From Deltaproteobacteria bacterium (lineage in GTDB: Bacteria; Desulfobacterota; Deferrimicrobia; Deferrimicrobiales; Deferrimicrobiaceae): a DNA stretch of 64,000 nt. This document shows, in pieces, positions 1 to 10,261 of the stretch. The notes below the pieces were generated by a model. It was not told the origin of the DNA, ran no database searches, and saw only the letters and a program-made list of their open reading frames with translations. Within the stretch, counting starts at the first letter, position 1, and each line of letters begins with the position of its first letter. Made by a program: the position numbers and the translations under genes. The stretch lies in assembly GCA_021815305.1 (NCBI GenBank), contig JAKAHC010000004.1, forward strand, positions 129,343 through 193,342. The letters are read 5' to 3'.

Positions 1-113
1 CCGTCCTGCTGCAGATCGGTAGTCTCACGTCCTCGTAGTATTCTTCCGGCGGCGTATTCCCAGGACGTATACGACCTCTCTACGGACACGCAAACAACCC
101 AGCCGGCGAAAGA

Positions 114-452
114 TCAGACCCCTTCATCCCTCAGATCCTCGATGATTCCCAGCGGGTCGTACGGAGCCTGCAATCCCGGGTACAGGCGCGTGGATCTCGT
201 TTTCCGGAATATTTCAGAGAATTCTTCGTGCAAGGGGAACCCGTCCCGCAACCGGTACCACTTCTCCTTCCCCCTCTGTTGCGAACCAATGACGCGGCAT
301 TTTTCAAGCCGAGACAATTGGCGAAGGACGCACTTGATGTCGAGCCCGGTAATTCGCGCGACGAGCCGGGGGTGCAGAGGATCGTTCGGATAATCGAAGA
401 AGACCGCGAACGTCGAATAGAACGACCTTGATGAAAAGAGTTCTTCGATCAT
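114..452 (-). CDS. hypothetical small protein, possible winged-helix DNA-binding fold
   Basis: 112-aa ORF with non-shadow amino-acid composition in a locally lower-GC stretch; no recognisable family. Confidence 0.4.
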   Translation of the reverse strand: MIEELFSSRSFYSTFAVFFDYPNDPLHPRLVARITGLDIKCVLRQLSRLEKCRVIGSQQRGKEKWYRLRDGFPLHEEFSEIFRKTRSTRLYPGLQAPYDPLGIIEDLRDEGV

Positions 453-642
453 GGGGCAAAATCAATGCAAATCCGGAGCCGGGCGAGCAAAGTGGTGGGG
501 TTGTGGGAGGAAACGCGAGGAACTGAGAGTTCCCGGTTTCGAGGGAGATAATTCAGGGGGGGAGGTATCGTTACATTGATGGCAAAGTACCATCAATAAT
601 TACAGGACATACCCCTCGTTTCCGTATGCCCCCTGCGTGGGA

Positions 643-2079
643 TCAGGGGAGGGCGCCGCCGACGACCATGCGGATCGCGTGGTTGCCGTAGTCCGCGATG
701 TAGGCGTTCCCGCGGGAGTCGACGGTGACGGCGCGCGGGTCGTTCATCTGTGCTTCGGTCGCCAATCCTCCGTCCCCCGAGAAACCGAGCGTCCCCGTGC
801 CCGCAAATACGCGGACTTTCCCGGCCACGTCCATGTGGAGCACGCGGTTCGTCCCCTCCTCGACAAAAAAGATTTTCCCCGTGATCGGGTTGTAATCGAC
901 GACCCGCGGTTTCGACGGCGACATCGCCAGCGAATCGATCCCTTCGGAGAACGGCGTGCCTCCGGCGTCGGCCACCAGGTAGTAGATGTTCCCGTCGAGG
1001 AGCGAAACCCGCATGATCCGGTCGTTGTCCGTGTCGGCGAAGACCAGCGAGTCCATCTTCGGCGCATAGGCGATGCTGGAGGGGGCACGGAGCGGGTAAT
1101 TCCACCGTGAGATCGGTTCTGTGGTGTCATACGGCAAGTTATCGGAAACAAAATCAGACTTCGACGAGCCGATCAATTGGAACACTCTCGGATTCAAGTA
1201 ATCCACGAAAAACAGAAATCCATTATCGACAACAGCAATATCCAGCCTGGCCGCAGGATTTGCTACTCCGTTGTCATACGGGACGCTCGCCACGACACCG
1301 TTGTCCACCCGGACGATCTGGTTCCAGTAGTTGAACAGGTAAAGATTCCCCGCGGGATCGAAATCGATGTCCGAGACGGCGTCGATCGGCGAGGAAGCGG
1401 CCGCCGTTCCCGGGAGGATGGGGCCGTGCGGTCCGCTCCCGGCGAAATGGGAGATGTAGCCGTACCGGTCGATCCTCCGGACGCGCCCGTACGTCGTCGC
1501 GAAAGAGGAGATGTAGATCGCGTCGTCCGGCCCGGCCTTGACCGCCACCGGGTTCCGGAGCAGCGCCTCGTTGTCGAGCCCTCCGTCCCCCGTGTCGCCG
1601 GGGGTGCCGGAGCCGCTCACGGGGGGAGCGCCGCAGACGGTCACGATCGTTCCCCTGGCGTACATCGGCACCGGGACCGTCTTCACTTCCCCGGGCGAGA
1701 GCGCGATGCCGTTGCTCCAGCCGCGCCCCAACAGCGGTGCGGACGTGCCGAGGGTGACCGCCGTGTTGTCGTACTCGTCGACCTCCACGGTGATACGCGT
1801 CCCGGGAGGAACGTCCCGGATCTCCCCGCGGCCGTCGGAACGGTTGAACCACGCCTCCATCGGGGGGAAGTGCGGGGCGAGCACGCGGACGAGGATCCGG
1901 TCGGAAGGATCCGCCGGATAGGACGGGGCGCGGACCGCCGCCCGGGACGCCGCCGACGCCCCCGGCGGAGCCGGATACTCCAGCCGCACCGCGAGGGAGC
2001 CGCCGCCGGACCCGGAACAGCCGCAAAAGACCATCGCCGCGAAAAGGATCGGGCGGAAAATGTCGCGCGCACGCCGCAC
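643..2079 (-). CDS. NHL-repeat (six-bladed beta-propeller) secreted/lipoprotein
   Basis: Repeated NHL-like motifs (DAIYISS, GNLYLFNYWNQIVRVD, NAYIADYGNHAIRMV); likely GTG start giving MRRARDIFRPILFAAMVFCGCSGSG signal/lipobox-like N-terminus; start uncertain (ORF extends to 2199). Confidence 0.65.
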   Translation of the reverse strand: MRRARDIFRPILFAAMVFCGCSGSGGGSLAVRLEYPAPPGASAASRAAVRAPSYPADPSDRILVRVLAPHFPPMEAWFNRSDGRGEIRDVPPGTRITVEVDEYDNTAVTLGTSAPLLGRGWSNGIALSPGEVKTVPVPMYARGTIVTVCGAPPVSGSGTPGDTGDGGLDNEALLRNPVAVKAGPDDAIYISSFATTYGRVRRIDRYGYISHFAGSGPHGPILPGTAAASSPIDAVSDIDFDPAGNLYLFNYWNQIVRVDNGVVASVPYDNGVANPAARLDIAVVDNGFLFFVDYLNPRVFQLIGSSKSDFVSDNLPYDTTEPISRWNYPLRAPSSIAYAPKMDSLVFADTDNDRIMRVSLLDGNIYYLVADAGGTPFSEGIDSLAMSPSKPRVVDYNPITGKIFFVEEGTNRVLHMDVAGKVRVFAGTGTLGFSGDGGLATEAQMNDPRAVTVDSRGNAYIADYGNHAIRMVVGGALP

Positions 2080-2149
2080 TGTGACGCACCACCCTTCGGG
2101 GATCGCCTTATATAATACCGATATCGTCCCGCGGGACAAGGAGGAGCCG

Positions 2150-2692
2150 ATGGAATGGAACAGCCCGACCCCGACCCCCCTCTCCGCCGAGGAGCTCACC
2201 GCGTATATCGGGCCGAACGCGGGGGCCTACCGGGCAAGCTTCGAGCGCTTCACCCGCACGGAGCCGCCGCGGTTCGCGTTTTCCTGGAACTGGATGGCAT
2301 GCATGGCCGGGGTCTGGTGGTACCTCTACCGGAAGATGTACCTGTGGGCGGCCGTCGACTTCGCGCTGAGCGTGTTCTTCGGCTGGACCCTCTTCGTGCC
2401 GCTGCTCTGGGCGATGGCGCGCGCGGTGACGGGGGACTACCTCTACTTCCGCCAGGCCGACAGGAAGATCCGGGAGTCCCGGTCGCCCTCCTTCGCGGAC
2501 AACCCTTCCGCGGACGCCGCGCATCTCGCCCGGCTGGCCCGGGAGGGAGGCGTGCACGCGTGGATCCCGTGGGCGGCCGTCATCGGGACGATCCTCCTGC
2601 TGATCCTCTCGGTCCTGTTCTTCGGGCTGCTCTGGACGAAGATCCCCCACCTCCACGAAATCTGGCGCGGAGAGCGGGGGAGCTGGACATGA
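2150..2692 (+). CDS. DUF2628-like small membrane protein
   Basis: ATG preceded by AAGGAGGAG; two hydrophobic helices; divergent from NHL gene. Confidence 0.5.
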   Translation: MEWNSPTPTPLSAEELTAYIGPNAGAYRASFERFTRTEPPRFAFSWNWMACMAGVWWYLYRKMYLWAAVDFALSVFFGWTLFVPLLWAMARAVTGDYLYFRQADRKIRESRSPSFADNPSADAAHLARLAREGGVHAWIPWAAVIGTILLLILSVLFFGLLWTKIPHLHEIWRGERGSWT

Positions 2693-2702
2693 TCGATACG
2701 GA

Positions 2703-2728
2703 AAGGGGCCCCGTCGCCGGGGCCCCTT
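2703..2728. terminator. bidirectional GC-rich hairpin between convergent genes (glnA terminator)
   Basis: aaggggcccc-gtcgcc-ggggcccctt is a perfect 10-bp stem with 6-nt loop; T-rich run follows on the minus strand. Confidence 0.6.
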
Positions 2729-2758
2729 GGGCCTGACCTCCCTTCGACTTCGGACCGC

Positions 2759-4171
2759 TCAGCAGTCGAAGTAGAGGAAGAACTCGTGCGGGTGCGGCCG
2801 CAGCTTCACCGGGTTCACCTCGGCCTCGATCTTGTACTCGATCCACTTCTCGATCACGTCGATGGTGAACACGTCGCCCTTGAGCAGGAACTCGTGGTCG
2901 GCCTCCAGCGCCTTGAGGGATTCCTCGAGGGAACCGGGGGTGGTCGGCACCTCGGACAGCTCCTCCGGCGACAGCGCGTAGATGTCCTTGTCCAGCGGCT
3001 GCCCCGGGTCGATCTTGTTCTGGACGCCGTCCAGCCCGGCCATCAGCTGCGCGGCGAAGGAGAGGTAGCCGTTGCAGGACGGGTCGGGGGTGCGGAACTC
3101 GAGGCGCTTGGCCTTGGGCGAGGCGGAGTACATCGGGATCCGGACCGACGCGGACCGGTTGCGGCTGGAATACGCCAGGTTCACCGGCGCCTCGAACCCC
3201 GGCACCAGCCGCTTGTAGGAGTTCATCGTCGGGTTGCTGAACGCGCAGATCGCCTTGGCGTGCTTGAGGATCCCGCCGATGTACCAGAGCGCCATCTTCG
3301 ACATCCCGCCGTACTCCTCGCCGGCGAAGAGCGGCTTCCCGCCCTTCCACAGGGACTGGTGGGTGTGCATCCCGGAGCCGTTGTCGGCGAAGAGCGGCTT
3401 CGGCATGAAGGTGACGGTCTTGCCGGCCTTTCGCGCCACGTTCTTGCAGATGTACTTGTACCACTGCAGCGCGTCGGCGACCTTGACCAGCGTGTCGAAC
3501 CGCAGGTCGATCTCGGCCTGGCCCGCGGTCGCGACCTCGTGGTGCTGGGCCTCGATCTTCAGCCCCACCTGCTCCATCACGCGGACCATCTCGTCGCGCA
3601 GGTCGTGCTGGGAGTCGGTCGGCGGGACGGGGAAGTAACCCTCCTTGTGGCGCGGCTTGTAGCCCAGGTTCGGTCCCTCCTCGCGCCCGGAATTCCAGAT
3701 CCCCTCGTCGGAATCGATGAAGTAGTAGCCGTAGTTGGACGCGGTGGCGAACCGGATGTCGTCGAAGATGAAGAACTCCGCCTCCGGACCGAAGTACGCC
3801 GTGTCGGCGATGCCGGTGGACTTCAGGTACGCCTCGGCCTTCCGGGCGATGTTGCGCGGGTCGCGGGTGTAGTTCTCCTTCGTGATCGGGTCCACGATGT
3901 TGCAGATCAGGGAGAGCGTCGGACGGGTGAGGAACGGGTCCACGACCGCCGTTTCGGCGTCGGGGACGACCAGCATGTCGGACGCGTGGATCGGCTGCCA
4001 GCCGCGGATGGAGGATCCGTCGAAGCCGAACCCTTCCTCGAAGCTGTCCGCGCTGAGCTCATAGACGGGCACGGCGAAGTGCTGCCACGTGCCGACGAAG
4101 TCCATGAACTTCAGGTCGACCATCTCGATGCTCTTGCTCTTGGAGAATGCCAGGACTTCCTTCGCGTTCAT
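2759..4171 (-). CDS. glnA: glutamine synthetase type I
   Basis: 470 aa, clear GS-I sequence throughout; GGAGG RBS upstream. Confidence 0.95.
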   Translation of the reverse strand: MNAKEVLAFSKSKSIEMVDLKFMDFVGTWQHFAVPVYELSADSFEEGFGFDGSSIRGWQPIHASDMLVVPDAETAVVDPFLTRPTLSLICNIVDPITKENYTRDPRNIARKAEAYLKSTGIADTAYFGPEAEFFIFDDIRFATASNYGYYFIDSDEGIWNSGREEGPNLGYKPRHKEGYFPVPPTDSQHDLRDEMVRVMEQVGLKIEAQHHEVATAGQAEIDLRFDTLVKVADALQWYKYICKNVARKAGKTVTFMPKPLFADNGSGMHTHQSLWKGGKPLFAGEEYGGMSKMALWYIGGILKHAKAICAFSNPTMNSYKRLVPGFEAPVNLAYSSRNRSASVRIPMYSASPKAKRLEFRTPDPSCNGYLSFAAQLMAGLDGVQNKIDPGQPLDKDIYALSPEELSEVPTTPGSLEESLKALEADHEFLLKGDVFTIDVIEKWIEYKIEAEVNPVKLRPHPHEFFLYFDC

Positions 4172-4214
4172 TACGGTTCCTCCTGAGGAATTGGTGGGAC
4201 GGATTGCGAAGCGA

Positions 4215-4631
<417 letters not shown>

Positions 4632-4774
4632 TCATGTTTCCATTTCAAAACCGGGCGGATGGCGAATCGCCCCCTTCGGGGCGATCCCTCCGCTTCCCCG
4701 CCGGTGCTACAATGGTGCACAATCCGTGGACAACGGGTGCCTGTTCCTTGGGCAGATCCCGCGAGGAGGGACCG

Positions 4775-5487
4775 TGGGGAACGAGGGCATGGATGCGTAC
4801 CGCCGCGCGGTGGAGTCGATCTTCGGGGAGGAACTGATCTCCCTCACGCTGTACGGGGGGCACGCCGCCGACCCGCCCGTGGAGCGAGGGGAAATCCACG
4901 TCCTCATCGTCGTCCGGAACCTGCGGCGCGATGCGCTCGCCGCGTACCGGGCGGCCTCTCCCCGGTTCACGAAGCAGGGGATCGCGCCCCCTCCGATCTT
5001 CACCGAAACGTTCCTGGCGGAATCCGTGGACGTGTTCCCCCTCGAATTCCTCGGAATGAAGGAGCGCAGGAAGGTTCTCTCCGGGAGGGACGTCCTGGCT
5101 CCCATCGAGGTGGACACCGCGAACCTCCGCCACCAGGTGGAGTTCGAGATGAAGGGAAAGCTCCTCGCCCTTCGCAGGATGTACCTTTCCTCGCAGGGGG
5201 GCCGCGCCCTCGCGAGCCTCATGCGCCGCACCGCGGGGCCGATCGTCGTCGTCGCCCGGGGCCTGCTGCTCCTCTCTCCCGGCGGCGCACCGCACGGGAA
5301 GCGGGAGATCCTGTCGGAGATGGAATCCCGCTTCGGCCTCTCCCTGCCCCGCCTCCGGGAGATTCTCGACGCGGCGGACGATGCGTCTCTGGCCGGACAT
5401 GCGGAGGACACCTTCCTGGGTTACCTCGAGGAGGTGGAGAGGATCTGCCGGGTCGCGGACTCCGGCGCCGCAGGGAACGCCCGGTAA
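4775..5487 (+). CDS. hypothetical protein with degenerate nucleotidyltransferase-like motif
   Basis: ORF divergent from glnB; LYGGHAADPPVERGEIHVLIVV resembles a Pol-beta-type NTase G[GS]...D.D motif with acidic residues substituted; start GTG 4775 or ATG 4790. Confidence 0.4.
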
Positions 5488-5488
5488 G

Positions 5489-6229
5489 ATGCGCCGAACC
5501 GCGGGAGTTCTCCTTTTTCTGGCCGTTTCCCTCCTGGCCTGCCCCGCAGGGGCGTCCGGACCGGTCATCCCGCCGCCCTCGGGATACGTGACCGACGCGG
5601 CGGGGGTCCTCGGGACGTGGGGGCCGAAGACCGACGCGCTGTGCCGCGAGATCGAGCAGCGGACGGGCGCGGAGGTGGCCGTCCTCACCGTACCGACCAC
5701 GGAGGGCCTTTCCCCGCAGGAGTACGCCCAGGCGGTCTTCGACCGGTGGAAGATCGGCAGGAAAGGGAGGGACGACGGCGTCCTCTTCCTGGTCGCCGTC
5801 AAGGACAGGAAACTGTGGATCGCCACCGGCTATGGGGTGGAGAGCGTCCTGCCGGACGGCAAGGTGGGGGAGATCCGCGACCGGTATCTCGTCCCGGCGT
5901 TTCGGGAGGGCAGGTACGGCGAGGGGATCTTCGACGGGGTGAGCGCCGTCGGCGCGATCCTGAGCGGCGGGAAGACGGCGCCGCCTCCACCGGAGGCCCG
6001 ACGGAGCCCGGGGGGGCAGCGGTTTCCGGCCCTGATGCTCGTCCTCCCCATCGTCGTGCTGATCGTGCTGCGCTCCCTGTTCGCCGGTCCGTTCCGCGGG
6101 AGGCGCGGGGGATTCTATTTCCCCGGGGGGTTCGGCGGCGGGTTCGGCGGAGGCGGATTCGGGGGGGGCGGGTTCGGAGGGTTCGGCGGCGGGATGTCGG
6201 GTGGAGGAGGCGCGGGCGGCGGATGGTAA
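5489..6229 (+). CDS. TPM-domain protein (YgcG-like) with signal peptide and Gly-rich C-terminal tail
   Basis: Signal peptide MRRTAGVLLFLAVSLLACPAGA; YVTDAAGVL TPM motif; C-terminal GGFGGGFGGGGFGG tail. Confidence 0.75.
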   Translation: MRRTAGVLLFLAVSLLACPAGASGPVIPPPSGYVTDAAGVLGTWGPKTDALCREIEQRTGAEVAVLTVPTTEGLSPQEYAQAVFDRWKIGRKGRDDGVLFLVAVKDRKLWIATGYGVESVLPDGKVGEIRDRYLVPAFREGRYGEGIFDGVSAVGAILSGGKTAPPPPEARRSPGGQRFPALMLVLPIVVLIVLRSLFAGPFRGRRGGFYFPGGFGGGFGGGGFGGGGFGGFGGGMSGGGGAGGGW

Positions 6230-6266
6230 CTGCTACAATGACTCCATTTCCCGGAGGGGCGATGCG

Positions 6267-6827
6267 ATGAAGAAACTCTGGATCGGCGTTGCCGTCGTTG
6301 CCGTCCTTCTCGCGATCAGGGGGGTCGGCGCGTACAACACGATCGTGCGGCAGGACGTGGCGGTGAACGAAAAGTGGGGACAGGTGCAGAACGTGCTCCA
6401 GCGCCGGGGGGACCTCATCCCCAACCTGGTGCGGACCGTGAAGGGATACGCCACGCACGAGAAGGAGGTCTTCGAATACGTCGCCGCCGCGCGGGCGAAG
6501 CTCGCCGGGGCGCGCACTCCCGAGGACGCGATGAAGGCCAACGCGGATCTCTCCTCGGCCCTCTCCCGCCTCCTGGTGGTCGTCGAGCGGTATCCGCAGC
6601 TGAAGGCCGACCGCACGTTCACCCGTCTGATGGACGAGCTCTCCGGGACGGAAAACCGCATTTCGGTGGAGCGGATGCGCTATAACGAGGCGGTCCGCGC
6701 CTACAACACGTCCCTGCGCGTGTTCCCCGACAACCTGGTCGCCGGAGCGGCGGGCTTCCGTCCCAAGCCGTTCTTCGAGGCCGAAGGCGCAGCGAAGGAG
6801 GTCCCGAAAGTCGACTTCGGGAAATGA
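6267..6827 (+). CDS. lemA: LemA family protein
   Basis: MKKLWIGVAVVAVLLA TM anchor then conserved LemA sequence (YNTIVRQDVAVNEKWGQVQNVLQRRGDLIPNLV). Confidence 0.85.
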   Translation: MKKLWIGVAVVAVLLAIRGVGAYNTIVRQDVAVNEKWGQVQNVLQRRGDLIPNLVRTVKGYATHEKEVFEYVAAARAKLAGARTPEDAMKANADLSSALSRLLVVVERYPQLKADRTFTRLMDELSGTENRISVERMRYNEAVRAYNTSLRVFPDNLVAGAAGFRPKPFFEAEGAAKEVPKVDFGK

Positions 6828-6837
6828 CGGACCTCCG

Positions 6838-7458
6838 TCACCCCTTCCGGGCGGAGCCGAACTTGCTTTCCTGCCCGGCAAGGAGGCGGTGGATGTTCTC
6901 CCGGTGGGTGTAGATCACGAGGAACCCCATCACGAGGGACAGGGTCACGTAGTCCCGCGACCTTCCCAGGAACGCCATCGCGATGGGGAGCCCGGCGGCC
7001 GCGCACAGGGACCCGAGCGAGACGTACCGCGTGAAGTAGACGACCACGACGAAGAGGACGACGAGGACGAAGGCGGTTTCCGGCGACAGGAACACGACCA
7101 CGCCCAGCGCCGTTGCGACCCCTTTCCCGCCCCGGAAGCGCAGGTATACCGGGAAAATGTGGCCCAGGAACACGGCGCCGCCCACAAGGGCGAGCCAGGC
7201 CTGTGCGGACCCTTCCATCAGGAGGCGCGTCAGCGCGAGGGCGAACAGCCCTTTCCCCGCGTCCAGCAGCAAGGTCAGCGCGCCCGGACCCTTCCCCAGC
7301 GTTCGGGCCACGTTCGTCGCGCCGATGTTGCCGGAGCCTGCCTTCCGGAGGTCCATGCTCCGGTCGAAGGCCTTCGCCACGAGGATGCCGAACGGCACGG
7401 AACCGATCAGGTAGCCGAAAACGACGAGAAGGCCGCCGCGGAGCAGGGATGCGTCCAT
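6838..7458 (-). CDS. plsY: glycerol-3-phosphate acyltransferase PlsY
   Basis: MDASLLRGGLLVVFGYLIGSVPFGILVAKA...GSGNIGATNV is a canonical PlsY. Confidence 0.88.
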   Translation of the reverse strand: MDASLLRGGLLVVFGYLIGSVPFGILVAKAFDRSMDLRKAGSGNIGATNVARTLGKGPGALTLLLDAGKGLFALALTRLLMEGSAQAWLALVGGAVFLGHIFPVYLRFRGGKGVATALGVVVFLSPETAFVLVVLFVVVVYFTRYVSLGSLCAAAGLPIAMAFLGRSRDYVTLSLVMGFLVIYTHRENIHRLLAGQESKFGSARKG

Positions 7459-7471
7459 GGCGGGAGGGGAC

Positions 7472-8830
7472 TTAAGTTCCTTCGAGCTCTTCCGTCCGCG
7501 AGGTGGCGACGCCGGTCTCGAACGCGGTGCGCTCGACCGCTTCCGCAACCTTGGCGTGCATCTCCCGGTCGAGGATGGAGGGGAGCAGCTCGCCGGCGGA
7601 AGCGCAGGAGGCGATGGCCTTCGCGGCCGCGATTTTCATCCGGTAATTGATCTTGCGGGCCCGCGCGTCCAGCGCCCCGCGGAACACCCCGGGGAACGCC
7701 AGTGCGTTGTTGGCGCTCCGTCCGTCCGCGGCGAACGACGCCCCCCCCGCGCGCGCATCCTCCGGCGAGATCTCGGGGTTCGGGTTGGAGAGCGCCAGGA
7801 TCACCTGGCCCTTCCGGACCGACTCTTTCTTGATGAGCCCCGGCACCCCGGTCGTCGCGATGACGATGTCGGACTGCGCCATGATCTCGGGAAGGCCGAC
7901 GGGCCTGCCGCCCGTCTTCGAAAAGATCTCCCTGGCGACGGGGTTGATGTCGGTGCCGATCATCTTCCGGACGCCGTAGGCCATCAGGAGCTTGGAGATC
8001 CCGATCCCGGCGGCCCCAAGCCCCACCATGCCGACCGTGTCGTCCTCCACCTTCATCCCGACATACTGGCTCACGTTGAGCAGCGCCGCGAGGACCACGA
8101 CGGATGTGCCGTGCTGATCGTCGTGCAGGACGGGGATGTCCAGCATCCCGGCCAGGCGGTCCTCGATCTCGAAGCACTCGGGGGCCTTGATGTCCTCGAG
8201 CTTGATCGCGCCGAAGGTGGGGGCGATCGCAGCCACCGTGCGGATGATCTCCTCGGTGTCCTTCGACTGGATGAGGATCGGGACGCCGCTGATCCCCACC
8301 AGCGCGTCGAAGAGCGCGGCCTTCCCCTCCATCACCGGCATGCCGGCCACCGCGCCGATGTCTCCCAACCCCAGGATGGCGGTGCCGTTGGTGACGATCG
8401 CCACGGAGTTGTAGATGCCGGTGTAGTCGCGCGCCATTTCCGGCTTGCGCTGGATGAGCTGGCAGACTTTCGCGACCCCGGGGGTGTAGATCTTCCGGAC
8501 GGTCGAAATGCTTTTGACCGGGTTCCGGGATTTCATGGAGACCTTGCCTCCCCGGTGCAGTTCGAGCACCGGGTCGATGATGTCCGAGATGATGACGCCC
8601 TCGACCTTGGCGAGTTCGTCGAGGACCCCCTGGAGCTGCGCTTCGCTGTCGACGAAGATCGTGATGTCGCGGGTGTTGTACTCCAGGCCCTCCGCCACGA
8701 GCTTGATATCCCCGAGAGAACCGCCCGCGTTGCCGACGGCGGTGGCGACCTTGCCGAAGTACCCCGGCTTGTCGAGGATCATCACGCGGAGGGTCTTTAC
8801 GATCTTGTCGATTCCCTTTTCTATCTGCAT
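7472..8830 (-). CDS. NAD(P)-dependent malic enzyme with N-terminal ACT-like domain
   Basis: Malic enzyme NAD-binding and catalytic motifs (GLGDIG, GTSVVVLAALLN, GAAGIGI) preceded by an approximately 95-aa ACT-like domain. Confidence 0.85.
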   Translation of the reverse strand: MQIEKGIDKIVKTLRVMILDKPGYFGKVATAVGNAGGSLGDIKLVAEGLEYNTRDITIFVDSEAQLQGVLDELAKVEGVIISDIIDPVLELHRGGKVSMKSRNPVKSISTVRKIYTPGVAKVCQLIQRKPEMARDYTGIYNSVAIVTNGTAILGLGDIGAVAGMPVMEGKAALFDALVGISGVPILIQSKDTEEIIRTVAAIAPTFGAIKLEDIKAPECFEIEDRLAGMLDIPVLHDDQHGTSVVVLAALLNVSQYVGMKVEDDTVGMVGLGAAGIGISKLLMAYGVRKMIGTDINPVAREIFSKTGGRPVGLPEIMAQSDIVIATTGVPGLIKKESVRKGQVILALSNPNPEISPEDARAGGASFAADGRSANNALAFPGVFRGALDARARKINYRMKIAAAKAIASCASAGELLPSILDREMHAKVAEAVERTAFETGVATSRTEELEGT

Positions 8831-8896
8831 GGCGAAATCATAGTCTCCCCCATTCGCCTTTGTCAACAATCCCGCCACGGGTTACAATCGCACCCG

Positions 8897-9103
8897 ATGA
8901 TCGCCTACTGCGGCTTCTGCTCCGCGCAGAATTTCATCTCCACGGAGCGCCTGGCGGTGCGCGGGGTCCCCCCGCGGTGCTGGGAGTGCGGACGGGAACT
9001 GTCCCTCCCCGGAAAGGGGACGGAACCACCCGGCGAAACCGGGCGGGAACCCCCGGAATCCAACGGGGGCGGGAACGAGGAAAAAAAGGACGGGGGCTCG
9101 TAA
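8897..9103 (+). CDS. putative small zinc-ribbon protein
   Basis: 68 aa with CGFC...CWEC paired Cys motifs; ends 4 nt before the MIPS start; low confidence. Confidence 0.3.
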   Translation: MIAYCGFCSAQNFISTERLAVRGVPPRCWECGRELSLPGKGTEPPGETGREPPESNGGGNEEKKDGGS

Positions 9104-9106
9104 CAC

Positions 9107-10261
9107 ATGCGGAGAATCCGGATCGCGGTGGCGGGTGTGGGGAACTGCGCCAGCGCCTTGCTGCAGGGCATCGAGTTCTATCGGAACACCGCCGGGGCTC
9201 CCCCGGGAGAGTTCGTTCCGGGGCTCATCAACCACGACATCGGCGGCTACCTGCCCGGCGACATCGAGGTCGTCGCGGCGTTCGACATCGACAGGCGGAA
9301 AGTGGGGCGGTCGGTTTTCGAGGCGATCTTCTCCCCTCCCAACTGCACGAAGCGGTTCCACGGGAACATGCCCCCCGGAGGCCCGACCGTCCGAATGGCG
9401 CCCGTGCTGGACGGCGTCGCCCCCCACATGGCGGATTACCCGGAGGACCGCACGTTCCTGCCTTCCTCCGAGCCGCCCTCCGACGTGGTGCGGGTCCTGC
9501 GGGAATCGGGGGCCGAGATCCTCGTGAACTACCTGCCCGTGGGATCGGAAGCGGCGACGCGGTTCTACGCGGAGGCGTGCCTTGCGACGGGGGTGAGCAT
9601 GGTCAACTGCATCCCCGTCTTCATCGCGTCCGCCCCGGCGTGGGCGGAGCGGTTCCGCGACGCCGGGATCCCGATCGTCGGCGACGACGTGAAGTCGCAG
9701 CTTGGGGCGACGATCGTCCACCGCGCCCTGGCCCGCCTCTTCTCGGATCGCGGGGTCCGGCTCCTCCGCACGTACCAGCTGAACACCGGGGGGAACACGG
9801 ATTTCCTGAACATGCTCAACCGGAGCCGCCTGGAGTCCAAGAGGATCTCCAAGACGGAGGCCGTGACCAGCGCGGTGTCGCACGCGGTCGCTCCCGACGA
9901 CGTGCACATCGGTCCCTCCGACTACGTCCCCTGGCAGATGGACAACAAGCTGTGCTTCCTGCGGATCGAGGGGGAAGGTTTCGGGGGGTTGCCGATCGAG
10001 GTGGAGATGCGCCTCTCGGTCACCGACTCGCCGAACAGCGCGGGCGTGGGGGTCGACGCGATCCGGTTCTGCAGGCTCGGGAGGGACATGGGGCTCTCGG
10101 GTCCGCTGCTGGCCCCGTCCGCCTACTTCATGAAGCATCCCCCGGTGCAGTGCGCCGACGACGACGCGCGTCGCGACCTCGAGGAAGTCATCGCGGACTA
10201 CGAAGCGTGGAGACGGACGAAAGAAGCCCGGCCCACGTCTCCGTGCACCTCTCCCACGTAA
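9107..10261 (+). CDS. ino1: myo-inositol-1-phosphate synthase (inositol-3-phosphate synthase), short bacterial/archaeal type
   Basis: 384 aa; MRRIRIAVAGVGNCASALLQGIEFY N-terminal Rossmann fold and conserved MIPS core. Confidence 0.85.
   Translation: MRRIRIAVAGVGNCASALLQGIEFYRNTAGAPPGEFVPGLINHDIGGYLPGDIEVVAAFDIDRRKVGRSVFEAIFSPPNCTKRFHGNMPPGGPTVRMAPVLDGVAPHMADYPEDRTFLPSSEPPSDVVRVLRESGAEILVNYLPVGSEAATRFYAEACLATGVSMVNCIPVFIASAPAWAERFRDAGIPIVGDDVKSQLGATIVHRALARLFSDRGVRLLRTYQLNTGGNTDFLNMLNRSRLESKRISKTEAVTSAVSHAVAPDDVHIGPSDYVPWQMDNKLCFLRIEGEGFGGLPIEVEMRLSVTDSPNSAGVGVDAIRFCRLGRDMGLSGPLLAPSAYFMKHPPVQCADDDARRDLEEVIADYEAWRRTKEARPTSPCTSPT

Noticed and set aside
4690-4740. Possible NtrC-binding site (GGTGCtacaaTGGTGCA) upstream of glnB
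   Set aside because: The two half-sites are in direct rather than inverted orientation and do not match the TGCACCA-N3-TGGTGCA dyad; not convincing without a computed motif score.
10188-10261. 74-nt overlap between the 3' ends of MIPS (+) and the GT4 gene (-) as a possible annotation error
   Set aside because: Both reading frames are independently well supported to their stop codons; convergent 3' overlaps of this size occur in compact genomes, so kept as real.
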